DNA from: Mobula hypostoma
Taxonomy: Eukaryota
DNA: 64,000 bases
Direction of reading: 5' to 3'
Assembly (NCBI RefSeq): GCF_963921235.1
Contig: NC_086097.1
Coordinates: forward strand, 22,570,001-22,634,000
This document shows positions 1 to 11,398 of this stretch, one piece after another. A program made the translations under genes and the position numbers. The notes below the pieces were generated by a model. That model ran no database searches. It was not told the origin of the DNA and saw only the letters and a list, made by a program, of their open reading frames with translations. The number at the start of each line of letters is the position of its first letter. Within the stretch, counting starts at the first letter, position 1.

Positions 1-129
1 GCCACAGTACGTAATACTAATCGGGCTATTGGAGATCAAATCTAATGCAACAAAACAGCTCCAACAGGCAAATGACACAGCTTGATGTACAAGCGAAGCA
101 ACATAAGGAAAGAAACGCAGATTTTGGAA

Positions 130-300
130 ACCTGAAACTTTAAAAAAAACTGAAAATACTGAAAGCATTTAGCAGGTCAGGCAGTATCTGTGGAAAAAGA
201 ACTATAATTAGGATTTCAGGTTAAAGAGTTTTCATTTGAACTGTTAGATGTGCACACTTCAACCTGAAACATCTGCTCCATGTTTCCAGCATTCTGTGGT
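130..300. mobile_element. Degenerate Penelope-derived short element, inverted arrangement
   Basis: agcaggtcaggcagtatctgtgga followed by the opposite-orientation remnant cctgaaacatc...ccagcattctgtg; matches the family seen intact at 48507-48737. Confidence 0.5.
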
Positions 301-499
301 TTTTGGACATGCCACGAGATGACTCAACGCATTAATTTCCACTAAATATCTCTCTTGGGGTTTGAAGTACAGTAAAATACCTTTCGTGTGTCTGTTTAAG
401 GAGGGATTTGCCATCTGAGAAGATTATTAATTTCTCCAATAAATAGGTTGATTTATGAAAAAAGACTAAGAATTGTTGTGTTTGTATTCAGTGGAGATT

Positions 500-840
500 A
501 GATTAGAAGAATAAGCAGTGATCTTATTGAAATTTATGTTTTTAGGGGGTAGATACTGTAATGGGGAACATTGTAACTGGAACGCAGAGTTTCAGAATAA
601 ACATTCACCCATTCAAGATGGGAACGAGGAGGTTTTAATTTCCCACACAGCATCCTGACTTTTGGACTTCCCTACCCAAGAGAGCTCTGGAGACTGAGTT
701 TTAAGCATATTCAGGGCTGAGATGGTGAGCTTGAGGGATATGAGATGAAGGCAGTGGTGAGTCAGCAGGAGAGTGGAGTTCAGGCCATCAGATCAACTGA
801 TGGCTTTGAATGCTAGGGCAGGGCTTATGGATTGTTTGAC
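500..840 (+). mobile_element. Old CR1 LINE 3' fragment
   Basis: Diverged match to younger CR1 ends in the window (agaataagcagtgatcttattgaa ... gatgggaacgaggag). Confidence 0.5.
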
Positions 841-934
841 CAAAGTTGGCTTTGTACCTGAGGCAATGGACAATCTGCTCGAGGAAACCAGTAGATTCAG
901 CTGCATCTGTGGGAGAAAAGGAACTATCCTATCA

Positions 935-1901
935 GGTCAGCGGTAGGTGATAAGAGTGGGCTCCCTTTATCTTCACCCCTCTGACTTTCAATACAGGAGC
1001 CCCTCAGGGGTATGTACTAAGTCCCCACCTTTACTCGTATACCCATGACTGTGTCACCACCCACAGCTCTAGTCTGCTAATTACATTTGTCGATAACACT
1101 ACATTGATTGGCCTTATCTCAAAAAATAACGAGGTGGCCTACAGGGAAGAAGTCATGTCTCTGACACAGTGGTGTCAAGAAAACAACCTCTCCCACAATG
1201 TCACAAAAACAAAGGAGCTGGTTGTGGATTACAGGAGGAATGGAGATGGGTTAACCCCTATTGACATCAATGGATCTGGGGTTGAGAGGATAAACAGCTT
1301 TAAGTTCCTCGGCATCCACATCACTGAGGACCTCACGTGGTCTGTACACACCAGCTGTGTGTAAAAAGACACAACAGCGCCTCTTTCACCTCAGGCGGTT
1401 GAGGAAGTTTGGTATGGGCCCCAGGGGAACAATTGAGAGCCTCCTGACTGGCTGCATCACTGTCTGGTATGGGAACTGTACCTCCCTTAATCGCAGGACT
1501 CTGCAGAGAGTGATGCAGACAGCCCAGTGCATCTGTAGTTGTGAACTTCCCATGATTCAGTACATTTACCAAGACAGGTGTGTAAAAAGGGCCCAAAGGA
1601 TCATTGGGGACCCAAGTCACCCCAACCACAATCGATTCCAGCTGCTACCATCCGGGAAATGGTACTGCAGCATAAAAGCCAGGACCAACAGGCTCCAAGA
1701 CAGCTTCTTCCACCAGGCCATCAGACTGATTAACTCACGCTGATTTGAGTGTATTTTATGTTACATTGACTGTTCTATTTATTATAAATTATTATAAATT
1801 ACTATGATTACACACTGCACATCTAGACAGAGACATAACGTAAAGATTTTTACTCATGTATGTGAAGGATGTAAGAAATCAAGTCAATTCAATTGAATTC
1901 A
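935..1901 (+). mobile_element. Rex1/Babar non-LTR retrotransposon, 5'-truncated, frameshifted RT C-terminal region
   Basis: GAPQG-type motif near 996; ORFs 1104-1364 (NVTKTKELVVDYRR, FKFLGIHITEDLTWS) and 1357-1743 (QQRLFHLRRLRKFG, SFFHQAIRLIN); (CAATT)n-like tail at 1884-1901. Confidence 0.88.
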
Positions 1902-2584
1902 AAATCAACATTTCGAGTCATAATTCTGCATTAGGACACCTGGTTGTGGCCAAACTAGGGGCATGGAAATAGAGCTGGAAGCTATGTGAATTTGCATCTG
2001 ACATTCTTGCGAATCATGTGTCTTTTTCCTCATTATTAAATCCTGCTTAATCATAGACAGTTTTCTGATTTTAAAAATATGATTTATTTTGAGGAATATA
2101 AATTTTCTCTGTGGGTTATTTTATCCCCAGGTGCTTAAGTAATTTGTTGTCTTTTAATGCTTATTTTAGTTGTCTTTTATACTGCTAAGTGCACATAAAA
2201 TTAAATTACGTGCCTAAGCACTTGCACTTTAATTTTGCTTATGGCCTTGCGATTTAGCGAATAATGAGACCTTTTATACTTAAAAATTGTGGAATTGTTG
2301 GGTGGACTGATGGTGTAAAACACTTGCTGAGGGTTTAGTAGCTCTTTGTGCACATTTATTTCTCGGGGATGACAATGAGTAAAATTAGTATCATCAACAA
2401 CGTTAAAATTCTGTGCAGAGCACGTTCAGGATGATTCGGACAGCTGATTAATCATCTGTTTGCTGCTCATTTCTTTAAAACGCTGAACTGAATAGTCCAG
2501 CTTCGCTCATCCGTTCATCATCGGCGAGGCTTGCGAGAAAATCGATCAGTGCGAGACACGTGATGTGGCTCTACATGCATGGCC

Positions 2585-2760
2585 TAAATGATAGGTGGAA
2601 GAGGTAGAGGGCTGAAGAAGAAGGAATCTGATAGGAGAGGCGAGAGAACTGTGGCAGAAGGGAAGGAGGGGGCACCGGAGAGAGGTGATGGTAAGGTTAG
2701 GAGGTGGGGTGAGAAAGAAACTAGCATGGGGAATGGAAGAAGATAAATGGAGAGGGGCAT
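2585..2760 (-). mobile_element. Penelope-like element 3' region fragment
   Basis: gggctgaagaagaaggaatctgataggagagg...ggggcacc shared with copies at 7590, 13560 and 41320. Confidence 0.65.
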
Positions 2761-3564
2761 GCTCCAGCATGTCTGCTTTATACGACAATATTTTTCTTCC
2801 AATTATGTTATTTCTAGTATAAACCTGTATAATTTATCTTTAATTTATATTTTTCTTGTGAATGTTGTTTGCTATTCCATGCTCTATCTCAATAAATAAG
2901 TAAATCAGATGCTATGTGCCTGCGACATGGCTGCAATATATTTTATGTTCCTTATGACAATCAACCCAAGTTTGATTTTGTATTAACTTGGTGCCCTGAA
3001 TAATGTTCTCCTGTTTTGTACCCACTCACTCTCACATTAAGGCTCCTGTTTAAACTACATGGATTATGTCAAAGTTTTCACTTACAGATGAATGGTGAGC
3101 GACAGGTTTGTAGTTTTGAAGCTCTGTGAAATTCAGTGAAACGTTGACATTTCAGTCTGACCTGTCTCTGAAGAGGATTAGAATGAGAACAGCGTCTGAC
3201 ACTTTTTACCCTGTGAAGTGGTTGGGACAAAAAAATAAGAAAAATTCAACTGTGGAAAAAAATCCAGCGTACTTGGGAGCATTTTTGGATGGAAGGTGAA
3301 TCTTCTGCCGTTGGCGAATATTCAATGGCAACTTTGACTTCTGCACGTGCAGTTTAATATGAGAAACACTGCAGTTGCCGTTATTAATTCAACACTCCTT
3401 CAGGGGATGCACTCGTTTGCAGCCTTCTCCAGTTGATGTTTCCGTGCAGAGGTCCTTGATGTGTTGCATTTAATTAATTCAAACGAGTTTTAATGGTGTA
3501 GCAAGCCATAATTACTACTTGGCAAAGGACCTAGCCCTGAATATTCCTTTTACTTATGTTCATT

Positions 3565-3785
3565 TATTTTTAATTATTTAGACATACAACGAGGAACAGG
3601 CCTTTCCAGCCCAGCAACCCACCTATTTAACCCTCGCTTAATCACAGGACAGTTTACAATGAGTTACTAACTTGAAAGTCTTTGGACTGTGGGAGAAAAC
3701 CAGGACACCTGGTGCAAACCCCCGTGGCCGTGGCAAGTCTGCAAACTCCTTACAGATGGTGCTAATAGCACTGTGCCACTTCCAG
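3565..3785 (-). mobile_element. tRNA-derived V-SINE (HE1-like)
   Basis: Reverse complement of the V-domain core (tctttggactgtgggagaaaaccaggacacctgg), A-rich tail at left. Confidence 0.75.
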
Positions 3786-3819
3786 GGTATTCCTCACCCA
3801 GATACAACTTCAGTTGCCG

Positions 3820-4066
3820 GTTTGAGGTGCTGCAGCAGCCGTTAGCGTGATGCTTGACAGTGCCAGTGATCTGGGTTTGATTACTGTCAGCAAGGAGCTT
3901 TTACCTTCTCCCTGTGACCAGGTGGGTTTCCTCTGGGTGCTCCAGTTTTTTTCCACATTCCAAAGAGATATGGGTTAGTAGGTTAATTGGTCACAGGGGT
4001 GTAATTAAACCTCACGAGCTCGTTGGGCCTGAAGGCCTTCTTACTTCGGTGTATCTCTAAATATAA
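3820..4066 (+). mobile_element. tRNA-derived V-SINE (HE1-like)
   Basis: Core gggtttcctctgggtgctccagttttttt...cacattccaaaga; tail tgtatctctaaatataaa. Confidence 0.8.
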
Positions 4067-4204
4067 ATCGAAAGAGAGAAAATTTAGCTTTTCTTCCAGC
4101 GTTTATGAGTTTATTTTGAATTTTAAGTACTTATCTTCCTGTCTTACACGCTTTTAAGTTTTGATGAATCTGCTATGAGTTAACCCCGGTGCTTTTTAAA
4201 TGAA

Positions 4205-4592
4205 AGGAGGAGTGTTTGAGTGCTCTGGGCCTGTACTCACCGGATTTTAGGAGAATGAGGGAGGATCTCATTGAAACTTTATCGAACGTTGAAAGGTCTA
4301 GATAGAGTGGATGTGGAGAGTCTAGTACCAGAATAGAAGGACATCCCTTCAGAACAGAAGAGGTAGAAGAGGAGGAAATTCTTTGGGCAGAGGTGGTGAT
4401 TCTGTGGAATTCATTGCCACAGATGGTTGCAATGGCCAAGTGGTTGGGTATATTTAAGTCCGAGGTTGATAAATGATTAGCAAGGGCATCAAAGGTTACA
4501 GGGAGAAGACAAAAGGATGGGGTTGAGAGGGTTATTAGTAAGTCATGATGGAATGGCAGAGGAGACTCGATGGGCTGAATGGCCTAATTCTA
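4205..4592 (+). mobile_element. CR1 LINE 3' fragment
   Basis: Diverged LGLYS-x-x-F-RRMR-x-DLIE-type segment and CR1 3' UTR gatgggctgaatggcctaattct. Confidence 0.85.
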
Positions 4593-5579
4593 ACATGGAA
4601 AGTGCTTCCACCTGTGTTCAATACATGAACATTCATTCAGCACATTGACTGAACTGAACCCATGTCCAGTAAATTAAAACATCAATAATATGTTATTGGC
4701 TGATGCTTAAGCACTCTACATTTTAGGAAAAAAAGCATGCGTGGAATCTCACTAGGATATAAGCAAAGCAAATTAAATCCTGTTGGCAGTGAATTAATAT
4801 TTTAGTTTCTGATCTTAATTTGCATGATATCATTCAATAATTAATCACAAAATAAATGAGCTAATTATTTCCTGCAAAAATATTTAGACGCAATGAAACA
4901 AAATATTTTGATGTGTTCTGATTTTTTTTTTGACAACCAGTGTGACTAAACTTGCAGTTCATTTTCTTAATGGTACAGGGTGTGTGCATTCATATCTACC
5001 TCAGCTATTTCCCATATATGTTAAAGGTTCAAATAAATCCCTCTCATGTACAAACTAATCTGTAAAGTCAATTCCCTGGCATTGTGGAATAAATTAAATC
5101 AACTGACTTGTGACCCTTGTGTTCCATGAATGTTAAGGAGGGAAGTATGTTTGTAAGTGGAAATTGCTTGACAATAGACATAGTCCTGTGGTTTGAATTG
5201 TAATGAGAGTTTTGCCGACAGCATAAGTATATTTGCATAGGAAATCCTGTGAGCTTCTGTGCTATTTAAACAGACTGCATTGTATTAAACCAAAGCTGTA
5301 GTTTTCATTTCTTTCTTTGGTCTTGGTGTGCCTTGGGATAGCAGGGTGATCCCGTAGAAGTAATCTCCAGGAATACTGATGTGTTTGGGATGTGACTTGT
5401 TACACTTGTTAACATCTGTTCTCCTAAGTGAGCATCTATATTTGCCATGTGGTTGTGAATTTTTTTTTATATGTAGGACCTGCCAATATTAACGGAAAGC
5501 AAAACAAAATGTTGATAATCTGAAACAAATCTCTCAAATGTCTGAAACACTTGGGGCAATTTTGTGGGAGATTATTTTT

Positions 5580-5720
5580 AAACACAGGAGATTCTGCGGA
5601 TGCAAAATGCTGGAGGGACTCAGCAGGCAAGAGAGCACCTATATAGAGGAATAACTAGTTGATATTTTGGGCTGAAACTCTTCATCAGGACTGGAAAGGG
5701 AGGGGGGATGAAGCCAGATT
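5580..5720 (-). mobile_element. Penelope-derived short element with degenerate hammerhead
   Basis: aaacacaggagattctgc...ttcatcaggactgg. Confidence 0.75.
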
Positions 5721-6344
5721 TTTGAACAGTTATTAAGTCACATCATCTATTAGGATGAACGCAAAAAATCCCCTTGTACTATAGACAAACAAAACACTGG
5801 CACCTCAAGTATCCTACCTATCACTCATTCTTTTAAGATTGTTGAAACAGATAGTTGGATATTCATCTGATTTATGTTCACCGGACCTTAGGCATGACTT
5901 AATGGGCTCACTTCCTTGTATTAGTGGTGACTATTTTTCAAAAGTACACCCTTGTTCTTGAAGTTCTTTGGGACATCTTGAGAATATGAAACATTTCATA
6001 CAGGTGAAGTGTAATTTTCTTCATCTGTTCGGTGTGAACAAGATCTTTTATCCTCATGTTTTTAAATTGCTTGTGGATTTTAAATCATTTACATGACAGT
6101 TTGGGTGAATTCCTTAAAATGTTAATTTGCCTGCTCTCGCAAAAGATGCTCTGTAATTTGCTGTTTACAACATGATGTTTTCTAGGATTAAAGTGATTGG
6201 AGGTTTTAGACAATGTATCTTGTTTTATTTATGTAGTTTTATTTTACAAATTCACGCTTTAAAAACATTCAGAGGAGATTTAATTTGCATCAAACGTTGC
6301 ATGCAGCTTTCTCCTGCGATAAATTTAGCTATTTAAATGTTGCA

Positions 6345-6845
6345 TTGTAGTTTGCCTCACAGTACAGGGGACCTGGATTGAAATCCCACGGACGCCTGTG
6401 AGAGTGATGCACCATTAGTACATGTTCCAAAAGACTGGAAGTAGAGTAAATACTGAAAGGCTTTTATTTGCAGTAAAATGTGACCTCCAGCATGCTGAGT
6501 GTCTGCCTCTGGACTGAGAGGAGGAGCCAAGGCCTAATCGCCTTTAATCAGGGGTCTGTGGGAGGAGCCACAGGGGCAGTCAGCAGAGGGGAGTGTCCAG
6601 ACAGGTAACCCAGTTACAACGTGTATATATATGGTTTACCACAGAGCGTTTGTACATTATCCCCATGGCCACGTGTGTTTCCTCCAGGTGCTGCAGTTTG
6701 CACCCATTGTCAAAAGAGATACCAACTGATAGGTTACCTGGTCATTGTAAATTGTCCTGTGATTGGGCTAGGATTAAATTGAGGGATTGTTGGACACCGT
6801 GGCTCAAATAACCGGAAGGACCTAATCCACCCTGGATCTTAATAA
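6345..6845 (+). mobile_element. V-SINE interrupted by a solo LTR
   Basis: tRNA-like head before 6404; V core resumes at 6644 (tgtttcctccaggtgctgcagtttgcaccca). Confidence 0.75.
6405..6643 (-). mobile_element. Short solo LTR (239 bp)
   Basis: TG...CA ends, flanks gagag/gagcg (4/5), reverse-complement homologue of 22245-22472. Confidence 0.8.
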
Positions 6846-7434
6846 TGGTATTGTAGGATTGGATAAGTTGTTCTAACACTGCAGTGATTCAAAATGAATT
6901 CCATAATGTGAGCATTTTATTTCAGGACTTGATACAATATTGAAAAGCTTGACGAGCATTTGGAAAGCCAGACCTCATTCTGAATCTCTGTTTACAAGTG
7001 TAAAATTCCAGCCTTCTGGTGAGCCAGTGGCTCCATGTCAAATTAAGCTTTTGACTTGGAAAGCATGCTGTGTTCCCGCTGACAATATAGTCATCCTGAG
7101 CCTGGAAGGGTGAGCGAACTGAACAATTCATTTGGCGTGCGGCCTGAGCTCAAACATTAACATGTATAGTTATGTCCTGGGGTAGTAGGTGAATTTGATT
7201 TGTCGAAAGATATCCTAACCCTCTCGATATTCCCTGCGGCACATAAACTAATAGGCATCAGATTGGCTTTTTGCTTCAGTCTGGGGAATAAAAAAAAATA
7301 GCAGATACACCAGCCAACTGTTTATACAAGAAAACATTTGGGTCACCTAGTTCCACGATAGAACTGACTATATAAATTCCATTTGCCTGTTTTTTTTTCT
7401 CTCTCTCCGTGCCCTCTAAATATTTTGAGGTTTT

Positions 7435-8097
7435 ATCACACACAAAGTGCTAGAGGAACTCAGCAGGTCAGGCAGCATTTATAGAGGGAAATACGCAGTC
7501 AGTGTTCTGGGCCAAGACCTTTTATCAGGACTGGAAAGGAAGGGGGGAGGGGGGTGAAGCTGGCAGGGGATTGGTGGAAAAGGTACAGGGCTGAAGAAGG
7601 AGGAATCTGAGGGGAGTGGAGAGTGGACCATGGGAGAAAGGGAAGGAGGAGGGGCACCAGAGGGAGATGATTGGCATTTGAAGAGCGGGAATAAGAGTAA
7701 AGTGGGAATGGGGAATGGAAAAAGAGAGAATGAGAAGGGCGGCGAAATTCCAATTACTGAACATTAGAGAAATCGCTGTTCATTCTGTCATGTTGAAGGC
7801 TATCAAGGTGGAATATGAGGCAGTAGTGGATGCTATAAACTGACTTTCCTTCCTACTCTTGATAATGGGTCTCAGCTTGAAACATTCTCCATAGACACAA
7901 AATACTCTGCAGATGCTGGGGTCAAAGCAACACTCACAACATGCTGGAGGAACTCAGCAGGTCGGGCAGCATCTTTTCCACGGATGCTGCCCGACCTACT
8001 AAATTCTCCATAGACGCTGCCTGACCTGCTGAGTTCCTCCAGCATTTTGTGTGTGTTACTCTAGATTTCCAGCATCTGCAGAATCTCTTGAGTTTTT
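7435..8097. mobile_element. Penelope-derived element with inverted terminal regions
   Basis: Minus-strand arm 7435-7820 ending in a GIY-YIG C-terminal remnant; plus-strand arm 7845-8097. Confidence 0.8.
7897..8002. mobile_element. Younger Penelope-derived mini element nested in the previous one
   Basis: 13-bp TSD attctccatagac (7884-7896 and 8003-8015); internal inversion ggtcgggcagcatc/gatgctgcccgacc. Confidence 0.85.
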
Positions 8098-8195
8098 GAG
8101 ACTCTGTCAGATGGCTTCCTGATAAAAGCATTCATGTTGAGAAGCCTGATCTCTAATATTACTTTTTACAGTATGCACGAGTGAAAATTAATATT

Positions 8196-8392
8196 TCCAA
8201 GTCAAATTGCTTTTACTGTCATTTCAACCATAACTGCTGGTACAGTACACAGTAAAAATAAAACAGCAATCCTCCTGGACCATGGTGCTACATGAAACAA
8301 CACAAAACTACTCTGGACTACCTGAAACAACACAAAACTACACTAGACTACGTGAAACAATACAAAACTGCATTAGACTTCAGGCCTACACG
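8196..8392 (-). repeat. Retroelement 3' tail with three 30-bp tandem units
   Basis: ctacNtgaaacaacacaaaactac...gac repeated three times, about 8288-8379. Confidence 0.65.
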
Positions 8393-9329
8393 GTAAAGTA
8401 GATACTTCAGTTTCCTGGAGTATTCTTCCCAAATTGCACTGTTCTGGAAGTTTAACAGGGCACTTATCGTTCCAAATGAAACTTGCTACACGAGCTGTTT
8501 TGCGTGTTGGAAGTACACATAATGAAGTCATTCCCAGTTTAACACACTTTTAGAGCATTACAGTGAGAATCAATTAAGCCCCAGACTCGGCCATTAACCT
8601 TTGTCAGTTCTACACCAGTGCAGCACCTAAATGAACTGTTTTAATTTGTATGAGACTGATTCAGTGGTGCATAATACTGTGAGCCTGAGCACTACTGGAT
8701 TTCCAAACTATAGATCACAACCAAAATAGGTTGTCATGTGAATGAGTCAGATTCAGAATTTGGATTATTATCCCTGACATGTGAAATTTGTTGTTTTTGC
8801 AGCAGTAGTACAGTGCAAGACATAAAATATTACTATAAGTTATAATTTAAAATAAAATAAATAAATAATGCGAAAGGGGATTAGTGAGATGGTGTTCTTG
8901 GCTTCATGGACCGTTCAGAAATCCCTTATGTCCTTCGACTCCTGAGCGATGACAGAAATCATAAATTACAGGAAGTACTGAATTGTGTTCTGCAGATGTG
9001 TGCCAATTTCGGGCTTTTGTGTGTCTTACTGTACAGGTGAGTTCCCTCATATATTTTCGAGAAAGTAGAAGGGAATAAAAGTAACAAGAATCAGAATCAA
9101 GTTTTTTATCACTGACTAATGTCGTGAAATTTGTTGTTTTCATGGCAGTTTAGTTTTTTCACTGGAACGTGCAGTAAAAAATAGTAAGAGAAATGACTTT
9201 CTTATATGTGTATGTCATATTTCCATTTTCTGTGTGCCTATGAAAACTAAAATCTGTCAGTTTACCCCAAAAGTATACCCAGTGACTTAACCCACACAGG
9301 CATCCATGGCACTGAATTCCACAGACCAA

Positions 9330-9838
9330 ACATCTGAGAAAAGATGTGCTGGCATTGGAGAGGGACCAGAGGAGGTTCACAAGAATGATCCTTGGAATGA
9401 AAGGGTTAACATATGAGGAGTGTTTGATGACTCTGGGCTGAACCTACTGGAGCTTAGAAGAATGGCGGGGGGGGGTGGGGATCTAATTGAAACCTACTAC
9501 ATATTGAATAGTCTGGTTAGATTGGATATGGAGAGAACGTTTTCTATAGTTGTGGAGTCTGGGACCAGAGGGCACAGCCTCAGAATTGATAAATGTCCAT
9601 TTAGAACGGAGATGGGGAAAATTTTCTTTAGCCAGAGGTTGGTGAATCTGTGTCACGGATGCCAGTGCGGGCTAGGACACAGGGTATACTTAAGGTGGAG
9701 GTTGATAGGTTCTTGATTAGTCAGGGTGTCAGGAAGGCTGATGGATCAGCCATTGATGGGGCTGTGGAGCAGAAATGATGGGCGAAATGGCTAACTATAG
9801 GAGTAGTTTTAATATAGTTTTATGGTCTTATGGTCTAA
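9330..9838 (+). mobile_element. CR1 LINE 3' fragment
   Basis: ORF 9420-9716 (DLIETY...TRGHSLRI...FFSQRLVNL); tail ttatggtcttatggtct. Confidence 0.88.
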
Positions 9839-10084
9839 TTTTTTTTTTAGAGCTCTTGAACTAAAGAGTTAACCTGCATGTCCAGTTCTACTAATCCAAA
9901 GCAGCGTACATTTTTACATACTTACATTTAGAATTTGAATATATAATGAAAGTATACTGTACAGTCATTTCTTATTCTTTATTATTGCATAAAATATGCG
10001 TTGCCTGAGGCAAACAAAAATGTCATAATGCAAATCCAAGGAAAGAAAATGACACTGAGGATCAGTACACAAAGGGTGCATAAG

Positions 10085-10455
10085 TACAACATAGAACAGT
10101 ACATGGCCTTTGGCCATGTACCTTCCACAAGTACCTTCCACGTCAATCTAATCCTTCCATCCCATATAGTCCTTCATTTCGTTTTCATCCATGTGCCTAT
10201 CTCTCTTAATTGTTCCTTAAGAATCTGCCTCTAACACCACCCCTAGCAGTGTGTTCCATGCACCTAGCACTCTCTGTGTAAAACACCTGCCTCTGACACC
10301 CCCCTTATACCTTCCTCCCAACACCTTAATTTGCCATTTTTCCCCGGGGACGAACATTTCTAACTGTCCACTCGATCTATGCCTTTTATCATCTTGCACA
10401 ACTCTTTCAAGTCACCTCTCATCCTCCTTCACTCCAAAGAGAAAAGCCCTACCTT
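10085..10455 (-). mobile_element. CR1 LINE 3' fragment
   Basis: FTQRVLGAWNTL in ORF 10217-10399; catagaacagtac tail. Confidence 0.8.
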
Positions 10456-10964
10456 GCTCAGGTGGACATGAGACACTTTTTTGAGTGACTGTATTGCTGG
10501 TGGTTTCTTCCTAGAAATGCTGATAATTATTTTTCTGTGAAAAAGTCATTAGACTTTGAAAATGAACTGTAGGAGAACATTGCAGGAAAGGGTGATCATC
10601 ATATTAGAATGAAGCAACAAGACTTGAAATAAAAATGAAGCTACATCATTAAGCGATGGATGGCAAGATTTGAAAAAGCTTTCTCAAAATAAAATTCTCC
10701 ATGTTTATGCCTTGAAATTCGCTCATGGTCAGTCTTGCTACATAACACTTTAAATTATTGGCTACACATTCTACGCTCCGCCCTCTGAAATTTTTAAATC
10801 AAAGAGGTTTGAATATAGTATTCCACTAGCAGCTGATTGTACAGTTGTCATTTGTTGCTCAAAATTGGGGTGCTTAAAAGCAACAATCAGAGCTGCCGCA
10901 CAGTAGCATAATGATTGGCTACATCTTTAGTGGTTACCATGCAGCGCTCTTACTCAGACTCTGT

Positions 10965-11398
10965 CATGGGGAAGCAGCACCCCTCATTAGGCCCCCCCAC
11001 CACCCAGATCATGCTCCCTTCTCACTGTTGCCATCAGGAAGAAGGCAGAGGGACCTCGGGACCCAAACCACCAGGTTCAGGAACAGTTTCTACCCCTCAA
11101 CCACCAAGCTCTTGAACCAGAGGGGATAACCTCACTCAACTTCACTTGCCTCATCATTGAAATGTTTCTACAACCTATGGACTCACTTTCAAGGACATGT
11201 CATCTCATATTCTCAATTGCTCTCATAGTGCTTATTTGTTTATTCTTTTGTATTTGCACCATTTATTGTCTTTTGTACATTGGTTGTTTGTCCATCTTGT
11301 TGGGTGCAGGCTTTCATTGATTCTATTGTGCTTCTTGGATTTACGTTGTATAGGGTGATAAATACGTACTTCGAGAATAAATTTACTTTGTACTTGAA
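10965..11398 (+). mobile_element. Rex1/Babar 3' end inserted in a V-SINE
   Basis: HPDHAPFSLLPSGRR...TTRFRNSFYP; tail aataaatttactttgtacttga; SINE body resumes at 11399-11625. Confidence 0.8.

Noticed and set aside
2183..2260. Imperfect hairpin (aaaattaaa...gtgc ctaa gcac...tttaatttt)
   Set aside because: Mostly A/T pairing, expected by chance at this composition
8288..8379. 30-bp repeats as a CRISPR-like array
   Set aside because: Head-to-tail units with no spacers, inside a retroelement tail
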